Positions 50,960 through 60,126 of a DNA stretch of 64,000 nucleotides are shown here, in pieces. The stretch spans positions 1,120,001 through 1,184,000 of the forward strand of contig CAWGED010000005.1 of NCBI GenBank assembly GCA_963821525.1, given 5' to 3'. A model generated the notes under the pieces. It saw only the letters and a program-made list of their open reading frames with translations. It was not told where the DNA came from and ran no database searches. This DNA is from an uncultured Gemmatimonadales bacterium. Lineage in GTDB: Bacteria; Gemmatimonadota; Gemmatimonadetes; Gemmatimonadales; GWC2-71-9. Position numbers and translations under genes: made by a program. Every line of letters starts with the position of its first letter. The first letter of the stretch is position 1.

Positions 50960-52665
50960 TGCTTAACGCCGCGGTATACCTGGTTTCCCGGAGCCTCAAG
51001 AACTGGCTTCTGGTCCGGCTCCGGAAGCTCACGAGTCCCCGGTACGTCGTCGCACTCCTGTTGGGAGTAGCGTATCTCTGGTTCTTTCTGGGTCTGCGGC
51101 ACCTCAGTCCCAGCCAATCGCCGGGTGGTGCCGAGACCGCCAGCCGGGTCGGGGCACTCCTCCTGCTTCTCGCGATCCTCCGCTGGTGGGTCTTCGGAGC
51201 CGACCGAACCGCCCTCGCCTTCAGCCCGGCAGAGATTCAGTTCCTGTTCCCCGCCCCGGTAACCCGAAGACAGCTCATTCTTTTCAAGCTGCTTCGGGCT
51301 CAGGTTCTTCTCCTGGTAAATGTGCTGGTGTGGACGGTGCTCATCCGCCGGAGCAGCACGGCCTCAGCAACTCTGCTTCACGCGTTCGCGCTCTGGGTGC
51401 TGTTCTCGACCTTGTTCCTCCATCGGCTGGGAGCGGCTCTAGTGCGCTCGGAAGCCAGAGAGCGAGTTCGCAGCAGGCCCAGAGCCCTAGGCGCTGCCGC
51501 CATGGGCGTGGTGATCGTTCTCATCGCGGCTCTACTCGGCGTTCAACTGTCGGGTGTTGCTCTTTCTCTTCCCGGCGGATCGTCACTCGAATTGCTCCGT
51601 CGAGCCTGGCAATGGCTCGGCACTCCGCTTGGACATGCCTTGCTTTACCCCTTCCGGCTGTTGCTCGCGCCGGTTATGGCGACGACGCTCTCGACCTGGG
51701 CCCACGCGATGGTTCCCGCGCTGGCTCTGCTCGGGATGCATCTGATCTGGGTGATCCGGGCGGATCGGGCATTCGAGGAGTCGGCGCTCGAAGCCAGCCA
51801 ACGCAGGGCCGAGCTGATGGAGCGCTGGAGACGCGAAGGACGTCCGGCGATTCCTCAGGAAGGGCGGGTCCGGTTGAGTCTTCCATTGAAGCCGTCGGGT
51901 CATCCGATACCCGCGCTGGTCTGGAAGAATCTGATCAAGACCATCCGCGAAGACCGGCCCTCCATGCTCTTTGCGGCTGTGGTGGTGCTGGTGGTTGGTG
52001 CAGCGATCGGTCTGGTGGGGGACGGTCGAGAAGGGGCGGCCTCGATTCTCTTTGCGCTGGGAGCCTCGTGGGTGGTACTCCTGGTCTTCTTCGGACCCCA
52101 GTGGATCCGGAACGACCTGAGGGCAGATCTGTCCCGTCTATCGGTACTCCGGACATTCCCGATGTCGGGGGCGACGCTCATGACTGGCGAGGTCATCTCC
52201 TCGGCGGTGGTCCTCTCGATCTATCAATTGATGCTGCTTGCGGTCACGGCCGGCGGTGCGCTGGGCGCGACTCGGCTAGGCTTACCTCCGGGCCAGGTGG
52301 TCCTGGGACTGGCCGTGGCCGTGTTTGTCGTCCCGGCCCTCAACGTCGTCGCGATGGGAATCCAGAATGGGGGAGCCCTGCTATTCCCCTCCTGGGTGCG
52401 AAGTGATATGCGCCCGGGAGGTGTCGAGGCTCTGGGACAACATCTGATCTCCGGTACACTCTGCCTTCTGTTGCTCGTCGTGGCCGCATTGCCGCCCGCC
52501 GTGATCGGCTACGTCATTGCCCTTCTGGTCTATCCATCGTGGGGTTCGGCGGCACTGGTTCCGGCGACTCTGCTGGCTGTCGCCGGGCTCCTTCTCGAAG
52601 CATTTCTGCTGCTCGATTGGCTGGGCGGCAGATTCGATTCCCTGGATCTCTCCGAGCTTGCCTGA
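50959..52665 (+). CDS. Putative ABC exporter permease
   Basis: Many TM helices, E..FLFPAPV.RRQL motif, TGATG coupling to the ATPase. Confidence 0.8.
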   Translation: MLNAAVYLVSRSLKNWLLVRLRKLTSPRYVVALLLGVAYLWFFLGLRHLSPSQSPGGAETASRVGALLLLLAILRWWVFGADRTALAFSPAEIQFLFPAPVTRRQLILFKLLRAQVLLLVNVLVWTVLIRRSSTASATLLHAFALWVLFSTLFLHRLGAALVRSEARERVRSRPRALGAAAMGVVIVLIAALLGVQLSGVALSLPGGSSLELLRRAWQWLGTPLGHALLYPFRLLLAPVMATTLSTWAHAMVPALALLGMHLIWVIRADRAFEESALEASQRRAELMERWRREGRPAIPQEGRVRLSLPLKPSGHPIPALVWKNLIKTIREDRPSMLFAAVVVLVVGAAIGLVGDGREGAASILFALGASWVVLLVFFGPQWIRNDLRADLSRLSVLRTFPMSGATLMTGEVISSAVVLSIYQLMLLAVTAGGALGATRLGLPPGQVVLGLAVAVFVVPALNVVAMGIQNGGALLFPSWVRSDMRPGGVEALGQHLISGTLCLLLLVVAALPPAVIGYVIALLVYPSWGSAALVPATLLAVAGLLLEAFLLLDWLGGRFDSLDLSELA

Positions 52666-53852
52666 GCACCGGGACAGCGCCACGGGATCCAGTCTGGCGA
52701 CCGCCTGGCTTGGTTACCTCACTCTAGTAACGCTCCTCGTCACCCTGGCGCCCTATGAATTCCGGGAACCCAACCGGGTAATCATCTCGCTAGGAATCAA
52801 TGCGGAGGATGTTCTTGCCAATATCCTGCTGTTCGTGCCGCTGGGTTTTCTCACGCGCCTCACTCTGGGCCCAAGGCGAGGCAATCCCCTCCTCGTATTT
52901 GGCCTGGGAGTGGTCCTAAGCGGGCTGATCGAAACCTGTCAGATTTTCCTGCCCGGAAGGTTCGCCTCTCCGATCGATGTGATGAACAATTCGCTGGGAG
53001 CCTTGTTCGGTGCCTTGCTGCTGGAGGGTATCGAACACCGAATTCAGCTCACTCCCGGGATGGTGGACCGCCTAGCGCTCGAACTGCCGATGATGGGGCT
53101 GCCCTATCTGCTGGTACCGCTGCTCTGGGTGAGCAGTTTCGCCAGCAGGAACCAGCCGGGCCGCTGGATGTTGACCACATTCATCGGCTTTGTCGGCGCC
53201 GCGTGTACTCTCGAGCGTCCATCGCCACCGCTTCGGACCCGCGGGAGCGATCAGCGCTTCCGGAACCGCCTTGGTTGCAGCACTGGGGTTCCTGGTCGGG
53301 GCATTTCCGGGATTCGTGGTGGACCCCGTCTTGCTGGCGCTGAGCACGACTGCGGTGGCGCTCGTGACTGGCCTGCTGTCCCTGATCCCCGGCCGAACCG
53401 GAACTGGCGACCGACGATTCGAAGCAGCAGAGCTCAATCGGATCATTCCGGCGTTCTTACTCTACCTCCTCTTGCTTGCTGTGTGGCCGCCGACGCCGGA
53501 TTCCGCAAGGTGGACTCCGGAATGGGGGCTGGTGCCGGAACTGGATCACGTCTCGACCGACGAGGTCATGAGCCTTCTCGAGTACATCGCGGGCTTTACC
53601 CTGCTCGGCTATGCCCTCGCCGCGCGGCGGGGCCGTCGCGAGGAGCCCACAGGTATCCTAGTGTCCCGCACGGCCCTCCTCGGGGCCGCATGTGCCGGGC
53701 TTCTGGAATTGGCCTCCGCATTTCACGCCGGAAGCAGAGGAAGTGGACTGAGACTAGCAATGTCGATCGTCGCTGCGGGATATGGGGCGAGGTTGTATGC
53801 GGCCCAGCGCGCCCACATCAGGAATGTGCTTTGGGCGGGTCGTGAAAGTTGA
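52658..53852 (+). CDS. VanZ-family polytopic membrane protein (frameshift ~53205)
   Basis: DVLANILLFVPLGF, IE..Q.FLPGR..S..DV..N..GA; the hydrophobic second half is in the adjacent frame. Confidence 0.75.
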
Positions 53853-53872
53853 GCCTCAAGCGAGGGCTGGGG

Positions 53873-54795
53873 TCACCCTCGTGGATGGAACTGGCGGTGT
53901 ACCGACCGGAGATATTCGCGGTCCACGTGGGTGTAGATCTGGGTAGTGGATAGATCTGCGTGCCCCAGCATCTCCTGCACCGCGCGCAGATCAGCCCCAC
54001 CCTCCAGCAAATGAGTCGCGAAGCTGTGCCGCAGGGTGTGGGTCGTGACCCGCTTGCGGATCCCCGCGTCTCGCGCCCGGGCCTTCACGATGCCCCAGGC
54101 TCCTACCCGAGAGAGCGGCTCGCCCCGCGCGTTGAGCAGTACCCGGTCCCTGGTCTTGCCGCGGTCGAGCCCGGGCCGGATTTGGTGAAGGTAGACGGAA
54201 ACCGCTCCGATCACCTTCCGACCGACCGGGACCAGCCGCTCCTTGGAACCCTTACCCAGAACGCGAACCAGGCCTTCGTTGAGCCAGAGGTTGTTCAGCG
54301 TAAGACCGCACAACTCGGAGACCCGCAGTCCGGCGCCGTACCCAAGCTCCAGGAGGGCTCGGTCCCTCCACGCCAAAGGCTCCTCGACGCGAGCGGCGGC
54401 AAGGATGGCCTCCATGTCCGGCACAGTGAGCGTATCGGGAAGTTTCCGTCCTCGTTGCGGAGTCTCGAGCCGGTCGGAGGGATCCACAGACACAAGCCCT
54501 TCGCCGACGAGGAAACCGAAGTAGGTCCGCACGGCAGAAACCTGACGCCGAATCGTAGCCGCGCTGAGGCCGAGGTCTTTCAAGGCGAAAACGAAATCGC
54601 GCAAAAGCGCCCGGGAGATTCCCGATGGACCGCTGACCTTACGCCCACCGCGTATTGGGCCAGACGGTGGAGATCCCGCAGGTAGTTCTCGACGGTGTTG
54701 GCGCTGCTGCCGGCCTCGAAGCTCAGGTAGTCCCGAAACCGGTCCAGGTAGAATTGGCGGTCTAAGTCGGGCGGTCGTTTCAGGGTACGCCTCAA
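53873..54795 (-). CDS. xerD: Site-specific tyrosine recombinase XerD (frameshift ~54610-54640)
   Basis: N-terminal S.NT..NY.RDL; RDRA.LEL.Y..GLRVSEL, GKGSKER, HTLRHSFATHLL, LGHADLSTTQIYTHV. Confidence 0.9.
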
Positions 54796-54804
54796 AATGA
54801 ATCG

Positions 54805-54852
54805 TGTGTCAGCGAAATTCGACTAGACTGTGTCGGCGAAATTCGACTGGAC
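54805..54852. repeat. Tandem direct repeat, 2 x 24 bp
   Basis: tgtgtcagcgaaattcgactagac / tgtgtcggcgaaattcgactggac (2 mismatches). Confidence 0.9.
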
Positions 54853-54974
54853 TCTGAATGGCGGACCCGCATATTCGATTGGTTATGACAATTTGACCCC
54901 AAACCCACCTCAAATGATTCCACCATCGTGACTTAATAGATAGTCGAGGCAGAAATACTCTGCAGGAGGGTCAA

Positions 54975-56681
54975 GTGAACCGTCGTACCATCGTTCTTGT
55001 TGCTGCCGCTGTCGTGCTTGGCGGATGTATGAGCGAGAACGAACCTACCGCCCCCGCGTCGCAGGTGCCCGACGCAGCCCTTCCCATTGGCGCCGTCCCG
55101 AACCGCTACATCATCACCCTCCGGCAAGGCAGCCGGGACATTCAGTCGGAGGCAGCCCGGCTGAGCAAGGATCATCGCGGGAGGGTGACGGCGGTCTACG
55201 AAACCGCCCTGCGCGGCTTCGCGGTGGAGATGCAGCCGTCCGACATCGCGGAACTGCGAAAAGACCGTGATGTGGCCGCCATCGAGCCCGATCAGATCGT
55301 GACCATTTCGGGAACTCAATCCCCTGCACCGTCCTGGGGTCTGGATCGGATAGACCAGCGCAACCTGCCGCTCAGCCACAGCTACACCGTCGGACCCAGT
55401 GGCAGCGGGGTACACGTCTACATCATCGACACCGGAATCCTGCGCACCCACGTGGACTTCGGAGGGCGCGCGGTATTCGGCTTCGATGCGATCCAGGATG
55501 GCAACGGCATGACCGATTGCCACGGCCATGGCACTCACGTCGCCGGAACAGTGGGAGGGGCGACCTACGGGATTGCCAAGGCGGTGAAGCTTCACGCGGT
55601 CCGAGTGCTCGATTGCACCGGGTCCGGTCTGATCTCTCAGGTCATCGCCGGGGTCAACTGGGTGACGTCACACCGGATCAAGCCGGCGGTCGCCAACATG
55701 AGCCTGGGGGGCGGTTTCTCACAGGCGTTGAACACCGCGGTTGCCAATTCCATCAAGGCTGGTGTCAGCTACACGATCGCCGCGGGCAACAGTAACCTCG
55801 ACGCGTGCACGGTGTCCCCGGCGAGCACTCCGGCGGCGATCACGGTCGCAGCCTCGGACAGCAACGACGTGCGGGCCAGCTTCTCCAACCTGGGCACCTG
55901 TGTGGACCTGTTTGGACCCGGTGTCGCGATCAAGTCCGACTGGAACGCCAGCAATACCGCCACCATGGTGTTGAGCGGAACCTCCATGGCTGCTCCCCAC
56001 GCCGCGGGTGTCGTGGCACTCTATCTCCAGACCCACCCGACGGCCACGCCAACCAACGTCCGGTATGCTCTTGCCAGCACCGCAACCGGGGGCCCCATCG
56101 CCAGCGCCGGAATCGGGACGCCGAATCTGCTGCTCTTCACCGGGCTGTTCGGTACCACTCCGGGCAACTTGCCGCCGCTCGCCAAGTTCGACTTCACCTG
56201 CACGGCTCTGGGATGCGACTTCGACGCGAGGTCCTCTCAGGACGATCAGGGAGTCGTTTCACAGAGCTGGGCCTTCGGCGACGGGGCCAACGGCTCGGGC
56301 ATCCAGCCGCATCACAATTATGCCGCCGGGGGAACCATCACCGCCCGGCTGACAGTTCAGGACGGGAGCGGCCTGACCAGCTCGCTGACCAAGACGTTTA
56401 CGCTGCCCGCTGCCGGTGGGCGCGCCGGGAATCCTCCGGTCGCGAACTTTACGGCGTTCCCCAGTGGTGGGACCGTGGAGTATGACGCTTCGTCCTCGAC
56501 CGACGATGTCGGGATCGGGAGCTACAAGTGGGACTTTGGAGATGGCAAGTCGGGTAGCGGAAAGCTGGTGACCCACGTCTACTCGGCACCAAACCAGTTC
56601 TACACGGTCACGTTGACGGTGTTTGACCTGGCGGGACAGAGTTCGCAGAAGTCGTTTCAGGTGTTCCCGAACTCGCACTGA
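54975..56681 (+). CDS. S8 subtilase (aqualysin/proteinase K-like) lipoprotein with I9 propeptide and two PKD domains
   Basis: Lipobox LGGC; WGLDRIDQR, IIDTG, HGTHVAG, AAGN, SGTSMAAPH; WAFGDG and WDFGDG PKD motifs. Confidence 0.93.
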   Translation: MNRRTIVLVAAAVVLGGCMSENEPTAPASQVPDAALPIGAVPNRYIITLRQGSRDIQSEAARLSKDHRGRVTAVYETALRGFAVEMQPSDIAELRKDRDVAAIEPDQIVTISGTQSPAPSWGLDRIDQRNLPLSHSYTVGPSGSGVHVYIIDTGILRTHVDFGGRAVFGFDAIQDGNGMTDCHGHGTHVAGTVGGATYGIAKAVKLHAVRVLDCTGSGLISQVIAGVNWVTSHRIKPAVANMSLGGGFSQALNTAVANSIKAGVSYTIAAGNSNLDACTVSPASTPAAITVAASDSNDVRASFSNLGTCVDLFGPGVAIKSDWNASNTATMVLSGTSMAAPHAAGVVALYLQTHPTATPTNVRYALASTATGGPIASAGIGTPNLLLFTGLFGTTPGNLPPLAKFDFTCTALGCDFDARSSQDDQGVVSQSWAFGDGANGSGIQPHHNYAAGGTITARLTVQDGSGLTSSLTKTFTLPAAGGRAGNPPVANFTAFPSGGTVEYDASSSTDDVGIGSYKWDFGDGKSGSGKLVTHVYSAPNQFYTVTLTVFDLAGQSSQKSFQVFPNSH

Positions 56682-57711
56682 CCCGGCGGCGGGCCTCCGT
56701 GAGGTCATCGGGGGTCATGCCGAGCAGGTCGGCGGCGCGGTGCATCAGCCGGTTCTCATGCCGGCTGATGACGCCGTCGGAAGAGACGATCCGCAGCAGG
56801 AGATCGGCCAGCTCGAGGCGCGCCGCCAGGTCGTAACGCTCCGTGAGCAATGTGCGAAGCTCGGCCGTGTCTTTCAGCGTCGAGGTGTCGGCGCCTTCGG
56901 CAGGCTCATATGACGGCTCGGCGAGGCTCCACTCAGAGCGTAATCGCGCCTCGATCGCGAGCAGGTCTTCTCGCGGAATCTGCTTGTCTCCCTGAGCCAA
57001 CTCGAACAAGACGGTCGCGGCCCCGGCAGAGGCAGTTGGGTCCTTACCGCCGGCGCCGGCCCGCGCCAGAGCCTCCTGGAACCGGCTCCGAAGTCGGTCA
57101 TGGCGAGTGCGCCGGCGGCGGAGCAGCATCCAGAGAACCAGCCCCAGCAGCAGCAGGCCGCCGATGATCGCCAGGGTGCGGTTGAGACGGGAGACGAGGT
57201 GGTTGATCGCCTCCCATTCCTCACCCAGCTGGACTCCGACGTAGACCAGGAATCCGTACCAGAGTGAGGCGGCCGCCGCGATCGGGATCAGCGTCTTGGC
57301 CGGCGAGAGATTCGCCAATCCGGCAAAGGGGGCAACGAACGAGCGAAAGCCCGGCAGGAGCCGGCTGATGAAGATTCCGGCGATTCCGAACCGCAGGTAC
57401 TCCCGCTCCATCCACACAACTGCGGCCGGAGGCAGCAGCCGGCGCCCCGTACGGGTCGAGAGAAACGCAGGACCGAACCTCCGGGCTATACCGTAGACCG
57501 CAATCGTCCCGAGCAGGTTCACCCCGATGGTGATTCCGAAGACCGCCCAAGGATCAATGACGCCGTTATGGCTCAGGAAGGCGCCCAAAGCCACGATCAC
57601 GTCGCAGGGGGCAGGCGGAAAGAAATTCTCCACGAACGCCGCGAGGGCGATGATGGAGTAGACCGCTAGCGGCGACAGCTCGGTCAGACTCTGCAGGAAC
57701 TGCTCGATCAG
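56608..57711 (-). CDS. DedA-family protein fused to a C-terminal TerB-like domain (probable CTG start)
   Basis: ENFFPPAP.D, SRLLPGFRSFV..AG; C-terminal LLRIVSSDGVISRHENRLM.RAA.LLG. Confidence 0.8.
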   Translation of the reverse strand: MIEQFLQSLTELSPLAVYSIIALAAFVENFFPPAPCDVIVALGAFLSHNGVIDPWAVFGITIGVNLLGTIAVYGIARRFGPAFLSTRTGRRLLPPAAVVWMEREYLRFGIAGIFISRLLPGFRSFVAPFAGLANLSPAKTLIPIAAAASLWYGFLVYVGVQLGEEWEAINHLVSRLNRTLAIIGGLLLLGLVLWMLLRRRRTRHDRLRSRFQEALARAGAGGKDPTASAGAATVLFELAQGDKQIPREDLLAIEARLRSEWSLAEPSYEPAEGADTSTLKDTAELRTLLTERYDLAARLELADLLLRIVSSDGVISRHENRLMHRAADLLGMTPDDLTEARRRVSASSGTPETTSANSVPPGQTPST

Positions 57712-58223
57712 AACGCCTCCACCGTCGCCACCGCAATGACGGCGACGCCCTCGCCCCGCCCGATGAATCCCATCCCCTCGTTGGTCTTCCCCTTAATCGA
57801 AAGGGCCGAAGGTGGTATCCCGGTGGCCGCGCTCAAAGTGGCGATCATGGCCGGCGCGTGCGGTCCGATCCTGGGTTGTTCTGCGATCACCGTGACATCG
57901 GCCTGGACCGGGCGGAAGCCCCGGCCACGGACCATTTCACAGGCGGTGCGGAGCAAGCCGATGGAATCGGCGTCTTTCCATTGAGGATGGTTGTCGGGGA
58001 AGAGTTTGCCGATGTCACCCGAAGCCGCTGCGCCCAGGATGGCGTCAGTGAGCGCGTGGGCCACCGCGTCGGCGTCGGAATGACCTTCCAGTCCCAATTC
58101 GGATGGAATCCGTTGTCCGCCCAGGATGAGAAGCCGGCCGGGCACCAGGCGGTGCGAGTCATACCCGATTCCCACCCGGATCGCAGGCAGACTCACGGGT
58201 GGCCGGTCTTCCTCCTCGGTCAC
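57708..58223 (-). CDS. ispF: 2-C-methyl-D-erythritol 2,4-cyclodiphosphate synthase
   Basis: RVGIGYDSH, GHSDAD...HA..DA.LGA, GDIG..FP, K.KTNE.MG. Confidence 0.96.
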   Translation of the reverse strand: MTEEEDRPPVSLPAIRVGIGYDSHRLVPGRLLILGGQRIPSELGLEGHSDADAVAHALTDAILGAAASGDIGKLFPDNHPQWKDADSIGLLRTACEMVRGRGFRPVQADVTVIAEQPRIGPHAPAMIATLSAATGIPPSALSIKGKTNEGMGFIGRGEGVAVIAVATVEAF

Positions 58224-59276
58224 GCCGCCACCATCTCCTCGATGACGGAATAGTCCTGCCGCCGGCGGCGGGCCGTGAACCCGGCATCCCGGATGATCCG
58301 CTCCATTTCCTGCACCGTCGTGCGGTAGGTGGTCCCGGCGGAAGAGACGACGTTTTCCTCCATCATCAGGCTGCCGTAGTCGTTGGCGCCGAAGCGAAGC
58401 GCCACCTGTCCCACCTTGTGCCCCATGGTTACCCAGGAGGACTGCAGGTTCGGAACGTTGTCACAGATGATCCGCCCCATCGCCAGGGTGCGCAGGTAAG
58501 TCACCGCATCGGTCTTGGGCTGGTCGGCCATCTCGGTGCCATCAGGCTGTAGCGGCCAGCAGATGAAGGCAGTGAAGCCTCCGGTACGCGCTTGAAGCTC
58601 CCGGACGCGGAACAGGTGCTCGATGCGGTCGGCATTACTCTCGCCGAGGCCGTACATCATGGTGACCGAGGTCTTCATTCCCTGCTTGTGGGCTTCTTCC
58701 TGGACTCCGAGCCATTCCTCGGTCTGGGCCTTCTTCCTGGCGACCCGTTCGCGGACGGTGTCTACCAGGATCTCGCCGCCGCCGCCCGGAATCGAATCGA
58801 GGCCCGCCTCGCGGAGCTCGACGAACCACCTCCGACACCGGCATCCGGAAGCGCTCGCTGAAGAACACCACCTCACTGGGCGAAAATCCGTGAATGTGAA
58901 TGGGATGGTGCTGCTTGATGTATCGCATGAGGTCCAGATACCACTCGAACGGGATGTACGGATTGTGCCCGCCCTGAAGCAGGATCTGAACTCCACCAAT
59001 GGCCTTGCACTCGTCTACCTTCGCCCCGATCTGCTCGAAGCTCAGCACGTAGCCTTCGTTGTGCTTGGGCCGCCGGTAGAACGCGCAGAACTTGCAGTCG
59101 GCGACGCAGACGTTGGTGTAATTGATATTGCGGTCGATGATGTAGGTGACCGTGTTCTCCGGATGGTGGCGCCACCGCTCGGCGTCGGCCAGGCGACCCA
59201 GCTCGAGCAGATCGGCTTTCTCGTAGAGCTCGAGATAGTCTCTGAATTCGCTGGAGTCGCGATCAACGGTCGTCAT
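58220..59276 (-). CDS. mqnC: Cyclic dehypoxanthinyl futalosine synthase (frameshift ~58830)
   Basis: DRNINYTNVCVADCKFCAF, LLQGG, SIPGGGGEIL, FTAFI.W, QSSWVT, GANDYGS.MMEENVV. Confidence 0.92.
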
Positions 59277-59286
59277 GGGATCCGCC

Positions 59287-60126
59287 TCAGGCGGCCGTGA
59301 TGAAGGAGAGGGAGCCATCGGGGACCAGACCATCCTGGGCCAGTCGGCGGAAGAAATCGGTGAGCCCTGCCAGGTGCCGGTAGGAAAGGGCGTAATCGAG
59401 GTCGTCGAGATAATCCCGGCATACCTGTTCCGTAACCCCGCTTCCTCGCGCCGCATCACGGGCCAGCTCGTCGAGGTGTTCCAGTCCCCACGCGCGGGAA
59501 CGGATCAGCCCAGCGTGGACCTGCTGGACCAGGCCAAGTTGCGCATCACGCCGTGCGGCCCACACCGCGAAAACGAACGGAAGGCCGGTCCAGGCTTTCC
59601 ATTCGGATCCGAGATCTACCCGCTCTCGGTAACCGTGACGGGCGCCCAGCATCAGAGCGGCATCGCCGATGACCAGCACCGCGTCATGAGGCAGTCCCTG
59701 CAGGGACTCGAGGTCTCCGGCCTCCGCTCGCGCGGTAGCGAAGTGGGGTCTGATTCCCCAGCGGTGACGGCAGAACAGCTCCAGTAAGAGAACGCTGGTT
59801 CGGGAGGAGGCGGAGAGGAGAATGGTCCTCCCATCCAGCTCCTTGATCGGGCGGCGGGAGAACAATGCCACGCTGTGCACCGGGCCATCGCAGGAGATGG
59901 CGAGATCGGGGAGCAGCTGGTACGCCGCGGCGTTGCGGGCGTATTCAACTGCTGACACGACACTCACGTCCAGCGCGCCAGCCGCCAGCAGATCGTTCAG
60001 CTCGGAGGCTGTTCCAGTGACGCAGGCGGCGGGAACCCGCTCCAGGCCGCGGTCGATCGCGCCATAGATCGGATAGCAGTTGATCCAGGGGATCCTGCCG
60101 AGCCGCAGCGAAGGAGCAGTCGTCAC
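59287..60126 (-). CDS. mqnA: Chorismate dehydratase
   Basis: GRI..IN..P, G.V.SV, SRTSV.L, IGD.AL, DLG.EW..WTGLPFVFAVW. Confidence 0.93.
   Translation of the reverse strand: MTTAPSLRLGRIPWINCYPIYGAIDRGLERVPAACVTGTASELNDLLAAGALDVSVVSAVEYARNAAAYQLLPDLAISCDGPVHSVALFSRRPIKELDGRTILLSASSRTSVLLLELFCRHRWGIRPHFATARAEAGDLESLQGLPHDAVLVIGDAALMLGARHGYRERVDLGSEWKAWTGLPFVFAVWAARRDAQLGLVQQVHAGLIRSRAWGLEHLDELARDAARGSGVTEQVCRDYLDDLDYALSYRHLAGLTDFFRRLAQDGLVPDGSLSFITAA

Noticed and set aside
53873..54795. Phage or island integrase
   Set aside because: Size and motifs match housekeeping XerD; no phage genes or att duplication were seen
54805..54852. CRISPR array
   Set aside because: Only two abutting copies, no spacer and no cas genes
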